Shown here: piece after piece, positions 9,432 through 18,680 of the stretch
Numbering within the stretch: position 1 is the stretch's first letter
Layout of the letters: every line of letters begins with the position of its first letter
NCBI GenBank assembly: GCA_037127815.1
Contig: JBAXXP010000002.1
Span: 142,943-206,942, forward strand
Length of the DNA: 64,000 bases
Reading direction: 5' to 3'
DNA from: a bacterium
Lineage (GTDB): Bacteria > Patescibacteriota > Minisyncoccia > Phycocordibacterales > CAIZLB01
Made by a program: the position numbers and the translations under genes
The notes under the pieces: model-generated
The model's input: only the letters and a program-made list of their open reading frames with translations
What the model was told of the DNA's origin: nothing
Database searches by the model: none

Positions 9432-9782
9432 ATGATTGTTAATAAGGACCACTTTGATATAATTAACCCATTACCAATAACCACAAGAAATATGGGCGAA
9501 AAACATCAGACACCCGAAACATTTTTTGATGTGGCAGAGATATATAATAGATTAGATCAAGTTATATATGATCATAGAGAGGAAGAGGAAAAGTATGGAA
9601 GAGTTATATCAGATGAAATGACAAGTAAATATGAGTCAGCATTAAATATATTAATTCACATTAGAAGAATGCACCCTCAACCAGATTCTGAAAAAGCGTT
9701 CATCAAAGTTTTAGATGACGTAAAAGAAAAACACGGCATGGATGAGTCAGTTTATAGTATAATAATCCAGCAAGTTTATTAA
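9432..9782 (+). CDS. Hypothetical small acidic protein
   Basis: 116-aa ORF. It shows weak paralogy to the next ORF (EIYNRLDQVI versus EIYKQLGETI). Confidence 0.45.
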   Translation: MIVNKDHFDIINPLPITTRNMGEKHQTPETFFDVAEIYNRLDQVIYDHREEEEKYGRVISDEMTSKYESALNILIHIRRMHPQPDSEKAFIKVLDDVKEKHGMDESVYSIIIQQVY

Positions 9783-9816
9783 TTAAAAAATAATTGGAAT
9801 ATAATTAGATAAAATT

Positions 9817-10119
9817 ATGAGTGAATTTCCCCCTCCACAGGAGACCCCCTTTAACGCAAAAGAAATCTATAAGCAATTAGGCGAGACAATCGACGAAGAC
9901 AATGAAAGACTCGGGGATGTACCACGGGACGTCAACATTGAGGCCTTACAAAAGCAAGCCCTCGACGCCACTGATGCGCTCACAAGAGAAAGGGGTATTG
10001 ACTCAATAGAAAAATTTATTGCAGCAGCTAAGTTTAAGGTTACAAGTAGATCAATGAGTAAGGGAGCGTACAACATGATTATGAAACAACTAAGGCAGAT
10101 GTACCCAAGTGTAGAGTAA
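9817..10119 (+). CDS. Hypothetical small acidic protein, paralog-like of 9432..9782
   Basis: 100-aa ORF with a helical, charged composition. Confidence 0.45.
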   Translation: MSEFPPPQETPFNAKEIYKQLGETIDEDNERLGDVPRDVNIEALQKQALDATDALTRERGIDSIEKFIAAAKFKVTSRSMSKGAYNMIMKQLRQMYPSVE

Positions 10120-10168
10120 AATATTCTTATACTGAAGTAAGCCAAAAGTTTTAGTAACGCAAATAAAA

Positions 10169-10192
10169 AACACCTAGGAGGGTGTTTTTTAT
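10169..10192. terminator. Candidate bidirectional terminator
   Basis: A-run, then CACC-TAGGAG-GGTG, then a T8 run, lying between convergent genes (10119 + and rpmG -). Confidence 0.5.
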
Positions 10193-10229
10193 TTTTCTAT
10201 TCATAATCCCGTCGGATTATTTAAAGAAA

Positions 10230-10385
10230 TTATTTCTTGATCTCTGAAAACTCTACGTGCTTACGTAGCTTTGGACTGTACTTCATAAGTTTTAGCTTAC
10301 GCTCTACAGTTTTCTTGTTTTTACTTGTGTGATAGATCTCACCTGTCTTTTTGTGAGCTACTTTAACTAATCTTGTTTGTGACAT
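10230..10385 (-). CDS. rpmG: 50S ribosomal protein L33
   Basis: MSQTRLVKVAHKKTGEIYHTSKNKKTVERKLKLMKYSPKLRKHVEFSEIKK fits the bL33 pattern (KNKK...L.LKKY.P...KH..F.E.K). The caller's longer ORF (to 10526) runs through the tRNA-Tyr and is an artifact. Confidence 0.8.
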   Translation of the reverse strand: MSQTRLVKVAHKKTGEIYHTSKNKKTVERKLKLMKYSPKLRKHVEFSEIKK

Positions 10386-10449
10386 GTTTGTATATATATT
10401 TGGGCCCCGAATTAATAATGTTTTGGTGCCAATCACCGTTTGAGCCTTG

Positions 10450-10532
10450 TGCGCAGAGTAGGATTTGAACCTACGTAGCCCGAAGGCGTCTGATTTACAG
10501 TCAGATGCATTTGACCGCTCTGCCATCTGCGC
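10450..10532 (-). tRNA. tRNA-Tyr (anticodon GTA)
   Basis: Reverse complement GCGCAGATGGCAGAGCGGTCAAATGCATCTGACTGTAAATCAGACGCCTTCGGGCTACGTAGGTTCAAATCCTACTCTGCGCA. Anticodon loop CTGTAAA and a long variable arm. Confidence 0.85.
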
Positions 10533-10605
10533 GTAGGAATATCATAGCAGATATTCCTGTTTTTTCCAAATATCTTATTATTAGCTAAAAGACAGGTATA
10601 TTCCC

Positions 10606-10944
10606 TTATAATACCTTTGAAACAACAACCACTTCTATAGCCACCACCCCAAACAAGCTTTCATCCTTTACGGTGTAGAATCCATAATAGACAGATTCAG
10701 CCTCATCAATAGACTTAGCCCCAGGTATTACATTATTCAAGCCCTCTTTGGCAATCATCTCTCTAAAGGTCTTATATATCTTCTTACCGACAATACTTAA
10801 AGTTAGACAATCGTTCACAAACAATTCATCTCCTACATTCATCTCTGAAAACTTATCCTTGTTCAATCTTCCTTCGACTTTCTTGGACTCATTTGCGAGG
10901 TGTGTAAAATAAGGTTCATTTACATGAATTATATGTCTAGTCAT
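10606..10944 (-). CDS. ASCH-domain protein
   Basis: MTRHIIHVNEPYFTHLANESKKVEGRLNKDKF...GFYTVKD resembles the ASC-1 homology / PUA-like fold family. The start is taken at the internal Met abutting the clpB start, not the caller's 10995. Confidence 0.55.
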   Translation of the reverse strand: MTRHIIHVNEPYFTHLANESKKVEGRLNKDKFSEMNVGDELFVNDCLTLSIVGKKIYKTFREMIAKEGLNNVIPGAKSIDEAESVYYGFYTVKDESLFGVVAIEVVVVSKVL

Positions 10945-10945
10945 A

Positions 10946-13696
10946 CTATTTAGCCAAAACCTTCTTCTTTGCCACCTTAGCCTTGATTGGAGCAACTAAA
11001 CTCTCCTTAGACAAAGATCCATCTGTTACCTCCTTAACATCAATAACCTTGCCTTTTTTCACCTTCTTAACATCAAATGTAAACTCAGATGTTTTGGCGT
11101 CAATTCCAACGTTAATTGTTCCACCCTTAATTACACCTTGATCGATAATCAAACCAGCAACGGCAGTCAGAATCTTAGATTGAATTAATCTCTTTAATGG
11201 ACGAGCTCCATATTGTGGATTATATCCTTCCTTTGCAAGATACTCATAAACACCTTCAGAAACAACAAGTGTGATTTCCTTTTCAAGAAGTCTTTTAATA
11301 ACTTTCTCTACTTCAATTTTAACAATATCTTTAATTGCCTCAGGAGATAATATATCGAAAATAACAATTTCATCGATTCTATTCAAGAACTCTGGTCTGA
11401 AACTATTCTTAAGTGCTCCCATTACTCTTGTCTTTGCATCTTCATAATCTGACTTATCAGTTTTCTCGATTGCAAATCCAATTTTTTGCATATTATCAAT
11501 ATATTGAGCACCAATATTTGATGTCATTATAATAATAGTATTTTTAAAGTTAACAGTTTTACCTTTTGAATCAGTTAATCGTCCATTATCAAGAACCTGA
11601 AGTAGAATATTGAATATCTCAGGGTGAGCCTTCTCAATTTCATCGAACAAAATTACAGAATATGGACGATGTCTTACAATGTCAGTAAGTGTTGCGCTTT
11701 CATCATGTCCAACATATCCGGGAGGTGCACCAATGATTTTTGAAACTGAATGCTTTTCCATGTACTCGGACATATCAACTCTAATAAGAGCCTTGTCATC
11801 ATCGAACATAAACTTTGCAAGAGCTTTTGTTAATTCTGTTTTTCCAACGCCAGTTGGTCCAAGGAAAATGAATGAACCGATTGGTTTTTGTGGATCATTA
11901 ATACCAGCACGTGATCGCTTAATAGTGTCTGCTACAATCTTAACAGCAGCATCTTGTCCAACAACTTGTTTTGTAAGCTCCTCACCAATTCTAGATATTT
12001 TTCTTGCCTCTTCTTCTAACATTCTCGAAACTGGAATTCCAGTCCATCTTGAAACAACTGCGGCAATATCATTTTCTGTAATTTCTTCCTTGAGAATTCT
12101 TCTGAAAACTTGTAACTTTTTTAAGCGCTTTGCTTTTGCTTCCAAATCTTTTTCAAGTGCCGGAATTTTTACATATCTCATCTCAGCTGCTTTTGATAAA
12201 TCAGCTGTTGCCTCTGCCCTTTCTGCGTCCTGTCTTAATGACTCCAATTGCTTCTTAATAGATTTAATATCAGCAAGAGTTTCTTTTTCATTAATCCATT
12301 TAGCTTCAGTCTCCCTAGTTGATTCTTTTTGATTTGCAATATCAGCCTCAATATCCTTTATCCTAGCCTTAACAGACTTGTTGGTTACTAACTCTTTAAT
12401 TAAAGCCTGTCTCTCAATTTCCAATCTCATTATTTTTCTATGAGCAACTTCAAGTTCTGGCGGCTTATTTTCTAGCGCGATTTTAAGTGCAGATGCCGCC
12501 TCATCAATTAAGTCAATTGCCTTATCTGGCAAAAATCTATCTGAAATATATCTTGAAGAGAATTTAACAGCGGAAACAATTGAATCATCTGTTATACGAA
12601 CACCGTGATACAACTCGTACTTTTCTTTTAGACCTCTAAGAATTGAAATTGCATCCTCTTCTGATGGTTCATTAATAAAAACAGGTTGAAAACGTCTTTG
12701 AAGAGCAGGATCTTTCTCAATATGCTTTTGATATTCCTTAAGTGTTGTTGCTCCAATTGCATGCAGCTCTCCACGAGAAAGTGCAGGCTTCAACATATTA
12801 GATGCATCAAGTGCGCCATCTGCAGATCCAGCTCCAACAATAGTGTGGATTTCATCGATAAAAAGAATTATCTTTCCATCTGATTTTTCTATTTCTTTTA
12901 AAATATTTTTTAAACGCTCCTCAAATTCTCCTCTGTATTTTGTTCCAGCAACAAGCATACCCATATCAAGCGATACAAGGTCTTTATCTTTTAGAGATTC
13001 TGGTACATCGCCTAGTGCGATTCTGTTTGCCAACCCTTCTGCGATTGCAGTCTTTCCAACTCCAGCCTCTCCAATTAACATTGGATTATTTTTTGTTCTT
13101 CTTGAAAGAATTTGAATAACTCTTGCAATCTCCGCATCTCTTCCGATAACTGGATCTAATTTATTCTCTCTAGCAAGGTTTGTTAAGTTACGAGTGAACT
13201 TAAGAATTGCCTTCATTTTCTTTGGAGCAGCATCAGCAGATGCTCCTTTTCCAGCTTTGAATGCAGTTAACGCATCAAGCACCATAGATTTTTCTAATTT
13301 GAATTTAAACAAAAGTTCACGCGCAGATGATGCAACATCAAAAAGCGCAAGCAATAAGTGCTCAACAGATACAAACTCATCCTTAAGCGTTGCGGAAACT
13401 CTGCCTGACGCTTCAATAACTTGAGCAAGCTCTGGAGTTAAATATAGTTGATATGATGTAGACATTGTATTCCCTGCCTCACCTGTATCAATTTCTTCAA
13501 TAAGGTTGTCAGCAAGCAAAATTGTATCAACTTCTAGTCTATCTAAAATAGCCAAAACAATACCGTCTTCCTGGACAACAAGGGCTGTTAGCAAGTGAAG
13601 CGGATTCACATGATTTTGACCACGTTCTATGGCTAATTCATGGGCTTTTTTGATGACATCTTTGGCTTTGGTTGTAAAATGATGTAATGGTGGCAT
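10946..13696 (-). CDS. clpB: ATP-dependent chaperone ClpB
   Basis: Clp N domain, then two AAA+ modules (GEAGVGKTAIAEGLA with DEIHTIVGAG, and GPTGVGKTELTKALA), a long coiled-coil M domain between them, and a sensor-2 motif GARPLKR. Confidence 0.95.
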   Translation of the reverse strand: MPPLHHFTTKAKDVIKKAHELAIERGQNHVNPLHLLTALVVQEDGIVLAILDRLEVDTILLADNLIEEIDTGEAGNTMSTSYQLYLTPELAQVIEASGRVSATLKDEFVSVEHLLLALFDVASSARELLFKFKLEKSMVLDALTAFKAGKGASADAAPKKMKAILKFTRNLTNLARENKLDPVIGRDAEIARVIQILSRRTKNNPMLIGEAGVGKTAIAEGLANRIALGDVPESLKDKDLVSLDMGMLVAGTKYRGEFEERLKNILKEIEKSDGKIILFIDEIHTIVGAGSADGALDASNMLKPALSRGELHAIGATTLKEYQKHIEKDPALQRRFQPVFINEPSEEDAISILRGLKEKYELYHGVRITDDSIVSAVKFSSRYISDRFLPDKAIDLIDEAASALKIALENKPPELEVAHRKIMRLEIERQALIKELVTNKSVKARIKDIEADIANQKESTRETEAKWINEKETLADIKSIKKQLESLRQDAERAEATADLSKAAEMRYVKIPALEKDLEAKAKRLKKLQVFRRILKEEITENDIAAVVSRWTGIPVSRMLEEEARKISRIGEELTKQVVGQDAAVKIVADTIKRSRAGINDPQKPIGSFIFLGPTGVGKTELTKALAKFMFDDDKALIRVDMSEYMEKHSVSKIIGAPPGYVGHDESATLTDIVRHRPYSVILFDEIEKAHPEIFNILLQVLDNGRLTDSKGKTVNFKNTIIIMTSNIGAQYIDNMQKIGFAIEKTDKSDYEDAKTRVMGALKNSFRPEFLNRIDEIVIFDILSPEAIKDIVKIEVEKVIKRLLEKEITLVVSEGVYEYLAKEGYNPQYGARPLKRLIQSKILTAVAGLIIDQGVIKGGTINVGIDAKTSEFTFDVKKVKKGKVIDVKEVTDGSLSKESLVAPIKAKVAKKKVLAK

Positions 13697-13764
13697 ATAT
13701 AGCTATTATAGCACATATTCGACAAGTTGAAAAACCATCTCACACCAAATTACAGTGAGTTGGA

Positions 13765-15873
13765 CTATTTCAAATTACTAATAATTCCCCTCGTCAGTGG
13801 CCCAAAATACCCCGTAGAAGGAATCTTGTTTGCCTTCTGGAACTTGATAAGAGCAGCCTTGGTAGCAGGGCCGAATCTATTTGATTCATGACCGGGTGAG
13901 CCAACACCTGATGATGCAATTGGGAATCCATTGTTGTTCAAGTATATCTGTAGATTCCTAACATCTTCATTAACCATGTTAAGTGATAGGTCTTTTGTGA
14001 ATTCAAATGTTGTAGTTGTAGTATTAACAACATTTGATGTGGTAGCAACTATGTTTGATACAACAGAGGATGAAGCATTTAATATTGATATATCTTTCGA
14101 TATCTTGCTGTTATAGAGATCAAGTGCAGATTTTGTAATTTGTCCAAAGTATCCTGTGACCTTGCTTGAATCCATAAGCTTTGCTTTGACAAGTAGTAGT
14201 TGTAGGTTTGTTACATTCTTGTTTCTGTCACCGATTTTGTATAAGGAGGTTGGGATTGGTTGTATAGCTGAGATGGTTGAGACGGGAGTTGTAGCAACAA
14301 CTATTGGAGCTATATATGAATATCCTCCCCCACCACCACCTCCGCCACCACCACTATATACAACAGGTGCAACAACTACCGGGGTAGGGATTGTTCTAAA
14401 TGTTGAATCTGTTGTTGTTGCAATTACTCCATTTATATTTAACGTTGTAATTTTGAAATGATATAGCGTGTCAGGAACAAGATTTGTAAGCGAATATGAA
14501 TGAGTTGTAGTTGTAGCGATTAAAGATGTACTTGAGCCATAGCTATCTGTCAATCCATAATCCAGTGTTGAAGTCGCATTAAAGTTAGTATTAAACGAGA
14601 CATTTGCCGTAAGATCAGTAGTTGTTGTCACAAGGTTTGAGATATTTGAAATTGAGGACAGGACATTTATTGGAATAGTCAAATAAACCGATTCATTTGG
14701 CCTATACCCATTTGAAATAACCCAATCAGGTGAAACCTGAACATTTAAGTAACCACTTGATATATATCTATTGTCATTGATAGATATAGTACCTGTTGCT
14801 GATACAGCTAAACCTAAATTACCATTTACTATTATAAACTTCGGTTTAATTGGAAGAAATTGATTAAAGCTTGTTTGATCCAAAACAGTTTGACCTACCA
14901 CATCCCCATTCTTTACATTATCTAATATACTAATAGCATTTTGATTTGTTGCTAATGAGCTAATATTTGGTACTACTTTAAATTTATCGAAATTGTAAGT
15001 AGAAACTTCATAAGTACCACCAAGTGTGGCCATCGTTTGATTTATATCAGAAATATATGCTGACGTAAAATCACTAGTTGTGTTTCCAAAGAAAGTTGTT
15101 AGCAACACTGGTTTCCCGTCAATAATAACAAATAAAGGATCTCCAGAGTCTCCTCCTACCAAATCTGTCTTAGAAAAACTATTTCTAAGGGGATCGGCTG
15201 AGGCCACTCCATTGTAATTTACGCTTTTGTTACCGATGGTTATACTATCCGCATTAAAAATCAAAGCTTTTTCATTCTGATCAGTTGCAAACAGAGGAAG
15301 ATCCTTAAATATCGGTAAGTATTGAGCAAATACAGTTGGATCAGCAATTAATGGGTAGTATGTAATACTTGCTGGAACATCAGAATCTAAAATACCAATT
15401 CTAATATCTGTAGTACCAACTCTTAAACTATTAACCATAGTTCTGGTTATGACATTATTATTATTATCAACAAATTTAATAGTTGAACCATTTGCGATAG
15501 TATAATGGTTTGCAAAAATTATATGTCTAGGAGATATCAATGTACCGGCTTTAGTCTGTGCACCATCTGAATTCCAAGGTGATATACCGGTTAAGTCAAT
15601 AGATGTAGTTCCCTTGGATGTCCAAATATTTGTATTTCTAACAAATGTACTACTTGCAAAATTTTGTGTTGTAAAAATACTTGATGCAGTTGTTGAACTT
15701 AATCCGATCAATCTATTATCAACCTCACTAGATATGTGCTTATACATATCTGTACTAGAAGCAACTCCATTAGCGTAAAATACCGTGGATGTTGCTTTGG
15801 TATTTAATGGAAAAATAATTGCTACCAAAAGAATAAGAACAAGTATAGGGTATCTGATTTTATATGACATCAT
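13765..15873 (-). CDS. Secreted trypsin-like serine protease with FN3-like domain, poly-Gly linker and C-terminal peptidoglycan-binding domain
   Basis: Signal peptide. His motif GTLISPRHIIFANHY (compare trypsin WVLTAAHC) and Ser motif GDSGDPLFV (compare GDSGGPL). FN3-like LYHFKITTLN, a G11 tract, and a C-terminal YFGQITKSALDLY...FGPATKAALIKFQKANKIPSTGYFGPLTRGIISNLK (PG_binding_1-like). Confidence 0.7.
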   Translation of the reverse strand: MMSYKIRYPILVLILLVAIIFPLNTKATSTVFYANGVASSTDMYKHISSEVDNRLIGLSSTTASSIFTTQNFASSTFVRNTNIWTSKGTTSIDLTGISPWNSDGAQTKAGTLISPRHIIFANHYTIANGSTIKFVDNNNNVITRTMVNSLRVGTTDIRIGILDSDVPASITYYPLIADPTVFAQYLPIFKDLPLFATDQNEKALIFNADSITIGNKSVNYNGVASADPLRNSFSKTDLVGGDSGDPLFVIIDGKPVLLTTFFGNTTSDFTSAYISDINQTMATLGGTYEVSTYNFDKFKVVPNISSLATNQNAISILDNVKNGDVVGQTVLDQTSFNQFLPIKPKFIIVNGNLGLAVSATGTISINDNRYISSGYLNVQVSPDWVISNGYRPNESVYLTIPINVLSSISNISNLVTTTTDLTANVSFNTNFNATSTLDYGLTDSYGSSTSLIATTTTHSYSLTNLVPDTLYHFKITTLNINGVIATTTDSTFRTIPTPVVVAPVVYSGGGGGGGGGGYSYIAPIVVATTPVSTISAIQPIPTSLYKIGDRNKNVTNLQLLLVKAKLMDSSKVTGYFGQITKSALDLYNSKISKDISILNASSSVVSNIVATTSNVVNTTTTTFEFTKDLSLNMVNEDVRNLQIYLNNNGFPIASSGVGSPGHESNRFGPATKAALIKFQKANKIPSTGYFGPLTRGIISNLK

Positions 15874-15892
15874 AAAATTATATTGATAAACT

Positions 15893-18592
15893 CTATTTCA
15901 AATTACTAATAATCCCCCTTGTCAGTGGTCCAAAATACCCCGTAGCAGGAATCTTGTTTGCCTTCTGGAACTTTATAAGCGCAGCCTTGGTAGCAGGTCC
16001 AAAGTATGTAGTCTCCTTTCCCTTGGATCCAACACCAGTCTTTGCAATAGTGAATCCCTTTGCATTAAGATATGCCTGTAATTTTTTAACATCAGAACCT
16101 GTTGAATATACAGATAGGTTTTTGGTGAAAGATACAGGACCTGTTGATGAAATGGATGGTGTTGTTGCAGTAGAAGGTATATTAACAGTGATAGGTGTTA
16201 ATTGTAGAGATTGTGGCGCATACCCACCGCTAGCACCACCTGAATACACAGAAGCAAGAGCAGATGGAACATTTGTTGTAAAAGTTAAATCAGTTGAGGT
16301 TGAAATATTCGCTGATTCATCTCTTGCTGTAATACGGAAGTGGTATACTGTTCCACTTTGTAATCCAATTAATGACAATGCACTAGTTACGCCAAGTGAA
16401 GACACAACTGTTTGTCCATATGAGCTTGATGTTCCGTAATCAACTGTATTTGTTACATTTTTGTCGGTTGTTATGTTAACAACAGCATTATCTGTACCAG
16501 TTAATACACTTGTATTTAATATTGATGGTTTTGTGTTGTCGGCAGAGATAATGGAGATGGAGGCGGAAGAATAATTGGATACATACACCTGACCATTTAC
16601 AATACTTGAGTAAATTGGCTTTGTCCCAACGGATAAGGTCTGTGTTACTGAGTCAGTCACGGTATCAATTATTGATACATTATTTGATGCTTGATTATTT
16701 ATATATAGCTTTGTACCAAGAAGAGCTGCGGAGTTAGGGGTTGAACCAACAGCAATAGTTTTTATCACAGCATCTGTCGTTGAGTCAATAACAGAAACTG
16801 TACTTGATGCGGAATTTAGTACATATAGTTTTGTACCGACAGAGATAGAGTATAGTGGACTTTTGTTAACATTTATAGTTGATGAAACAGTATTTGTACT
16901 TGTATTTATAACGGATACAGTACTTGATGAATAGTTTACAACGTAAAGGTTTGTACCGTTAAAAGTAGAGTGTCTGGGGTTACTATTGACAGCGATTGTT
17001 GCCACCACCGTGTTTGTTGTCGTGTCTACAACAGAGACATTATTTGAGACTGAGTTTGTTATATATAATTTTGTACCGACAAGATTGAGAAAACCGGGGG
17101 ACGTTCCTACTGCTACAGTTGTTGATGAAGCTGTGTCTGTTATTGTGTTGATTATCCTAATATTATTACCACTTCCAAGATAAATATTTGAACCTATTAA
17201 GACAGGCGAAACACATGTTGATGAAAATGAAATAGTTTTAATATTAGTATCAGTCAATGTGTCTACAACAGATACATCAGAAGACCCTGCATTAAAAGTA
17301 TATATTTTAGTACCTACATTAATAATCTCTTGGGGACCATAACCTACTACAACGTAGTTTAATACTGCTTTTGTTACAGCATCAACTACAGAGACATTAC
17401 TTGATCCTTGGTTTGCTATATACAGTTTTGTGCCGACAAGAACTGTTTTGTAAGGTGTTGACAAATAATTGATATTCTGTGGAGTGGTTAACAAAACCGT
17501 ATCCGTTAGCGTATTTATAACTGATATATTTTTTCCAGAGTTGTGCACATACAGCTTTGTCCCAACAAGTACTGAGTACTTTGGTGTCGACGCAACAGCA
17601 ATAGTAGACAAAACACTATTTGTATTTGCATCTATTACTGACACAGTACTAGAACCAAAGTTGTTAACATATAATTTTGTACCAACAGCTGTTGAATTTA
17701 CTGGACCAGCATTAACAATAATAATACCTGTAACTGTGTTTGTTGTAGTATCAACAACAGAAACATTGTTTGTCGTATTATTACTTACATACAGTTTTGT
17801 ACCAATCACAGTTATTGATCTTGGAGAAGTTCCTACAGTTATAGTCGTTGATGAAGCTGTATCTGTTATTGTATCTATTATTTTAATATTATTTGTTGTT
17901 TTATTTACCACATAGAGATTGGTTCCAACAACAACTGACATTTGAGGTGCCGTGCCAACTGTTATTGTTTTTGTAACAGTATCCGTTGTTGTATCAATAA
18001 CAGAAATATTACTTGAGCCTGAGTTTGTCACATAAAGCTTTGTACCCACAAGTGTTGCGGATATCGGGGTGGTGCCAACGTTAATAGCAGAACTTACGGT
18101 ATTCGTTATAGTATTTATAACAGACACATCATTTGAGTTTTTATTTACAGAATAGAGCTTTGTACCAACAAGGATCGAAAAGAAAGCGCCATCACCAACT
18201 ATTATTGTCGCTGTAGGTGTAGTAGAGCCAGTTACGGTATCCATCACATAAACATTATCAGTACCAAGTCCTCCATATGTGGAAACATACAATTTAGTTC
18301 CAACTAGCGTCATATACATCGGAGTATCATCCCCATAATTAAAGGATAATCTTGTGGAAGAAATTAGGTCAGTAGTTGTGTCCATTATTGAGACTGCGAC
18401 AGATGGACTACCTGAGTTTGCAATGTACAGATTAGAACCAACCAGAACTGAGTAACCGGGGGCTGACACTAGACCATTGTTATAAATACTAGGAATATTT
18501 ATGGTTTGACTCACACTATCTGCTTTTACAACATTACAAAAGCTGATAGACAAAAACAAAGCGAGTAATAATATTGTTGCATTTTTTTTCAT
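15893..18592 (-). CDS. Secreted YVTN-family beta-propeller repeat protein with FN3 domain and C-terminal peptidoglycan-binding domain
   Basis: Signal peptide, then 15 or more repeats of roughly 40 aa (VGTKLYV.N..S.NVSVIDT.T.TV). FN3 VYHFRITARDESANIS. The C-terminal roughly 55 aa are identical to those of the neighbouring protease. Confidence 0.7.
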   Translation of the reverse strand: MKKNATILLLALFLSISFCNVVKADSVSQTINIPSIYNNGLVSAPGYSVLVGSNLYIANSGSPSVAVSIMDTTTDLISSTRLSFNYGDDTPMYMTLVGTKLYVSTYGGLGTDNVYVMDTVTGSTTPTATIIVGDGAFFSILVGTKLYSVNKNSNDVSVINTITNTVSSAINVGTTPISATLVGTKLYVTNSGSSNISVIDTTTDTVTKTITVGTAPQMSVVVGTNLYVVNKTTNNIKIIDTITDTASSTTITVGTSPRSITVIGTKLYVSNNTTNNVSVVDTTTNTVTGIIIVNAGPVNSTAVGTKLYVNNFGSSTVSVIDANTNSVLSTIAVASTPKYSVLVGTKLYVHNSGKNISVINTLTDTVLLTTPQNINYLSTPYKTVLVGTKLYIANQGSSNVSVVDAVTKAVLNYVVVGYGPQEIINVGTKIYTFNAGSSDVSVVDTLTDTNIKTISFSSTCVSPVLIGSNIYLGSGNNIRIINTITDTASSTTVAVGTSPGFLNLVGTKLYITNSVSNNVSVVDTTTNTVVATIAVNSNPRHSTFNGTNLYVVNYSSSTVSVINTSTNTVSSTINVNKSPLYSISVGTKLYVLNSASSTVSVIDSTTDAVIKTIAVGSTPNSAALLGTKLYINNQASNNVSIIDTVTDSVTQTLSVGTKPIYSSIVNGQVYVSNYSSASISIISADNTKPSILNTSVLTGTDNAVVNITTDKNVTNTVDYGTSSSYGQTVVSSLGVTSALSLIGLQSGTVYHFRITARDESANISTSTDLTFTTNVPSALASVYSGGASGGYAPQSLQLTPITVNIPSTATTPSISSTGPVSFTKNLSVYSTGSDVKKLQAYLNAKGFTIAKTGVGSKGKETTYFGPATKAALIKFQKANKIPATGYFGPLTRGIISNLK

Positions 18593-18680
18593 ATATAAAA
18601 ATTATATCATAATTTATATATTATTTACAAAATATAAACAGAATTGCATCTCTTTTTTAAGATTTATTTAGAGCATCAGT

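Noticed and set aside
10230-10526. 98-aa minus-strand ORF as called
   Set aside because: The N-terminal 47 residues run through tRNA-Tyr. Only the C-terminal 51 aa (rpmG, 10230..10385) are a real gene.
11679-13424. Plus-strand ORFs inside clpB (11679..12332, 12686..12883, 12843..13115, 13194..13424)
   Set aside because: They are antisense to a highly conserved ClpB coding sequence. These are typical shadow ORFs.
14325-14350. Poly-Gly codon tract as a phase-variation switch
   Set aside because: The run is CCACCTCCGCCACCACC, with mixed codons rather than a pure homopolymer or dinucleotide repeat. Slippage is possible but there is no specific evidence.
13931-17915. Plus-strand ORFs inside the two giant secreted-protein genes
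   Set aside because: They are antisense shadow ORFs with low-complexity translations (poly-Pro from the poly-Gly antisense).
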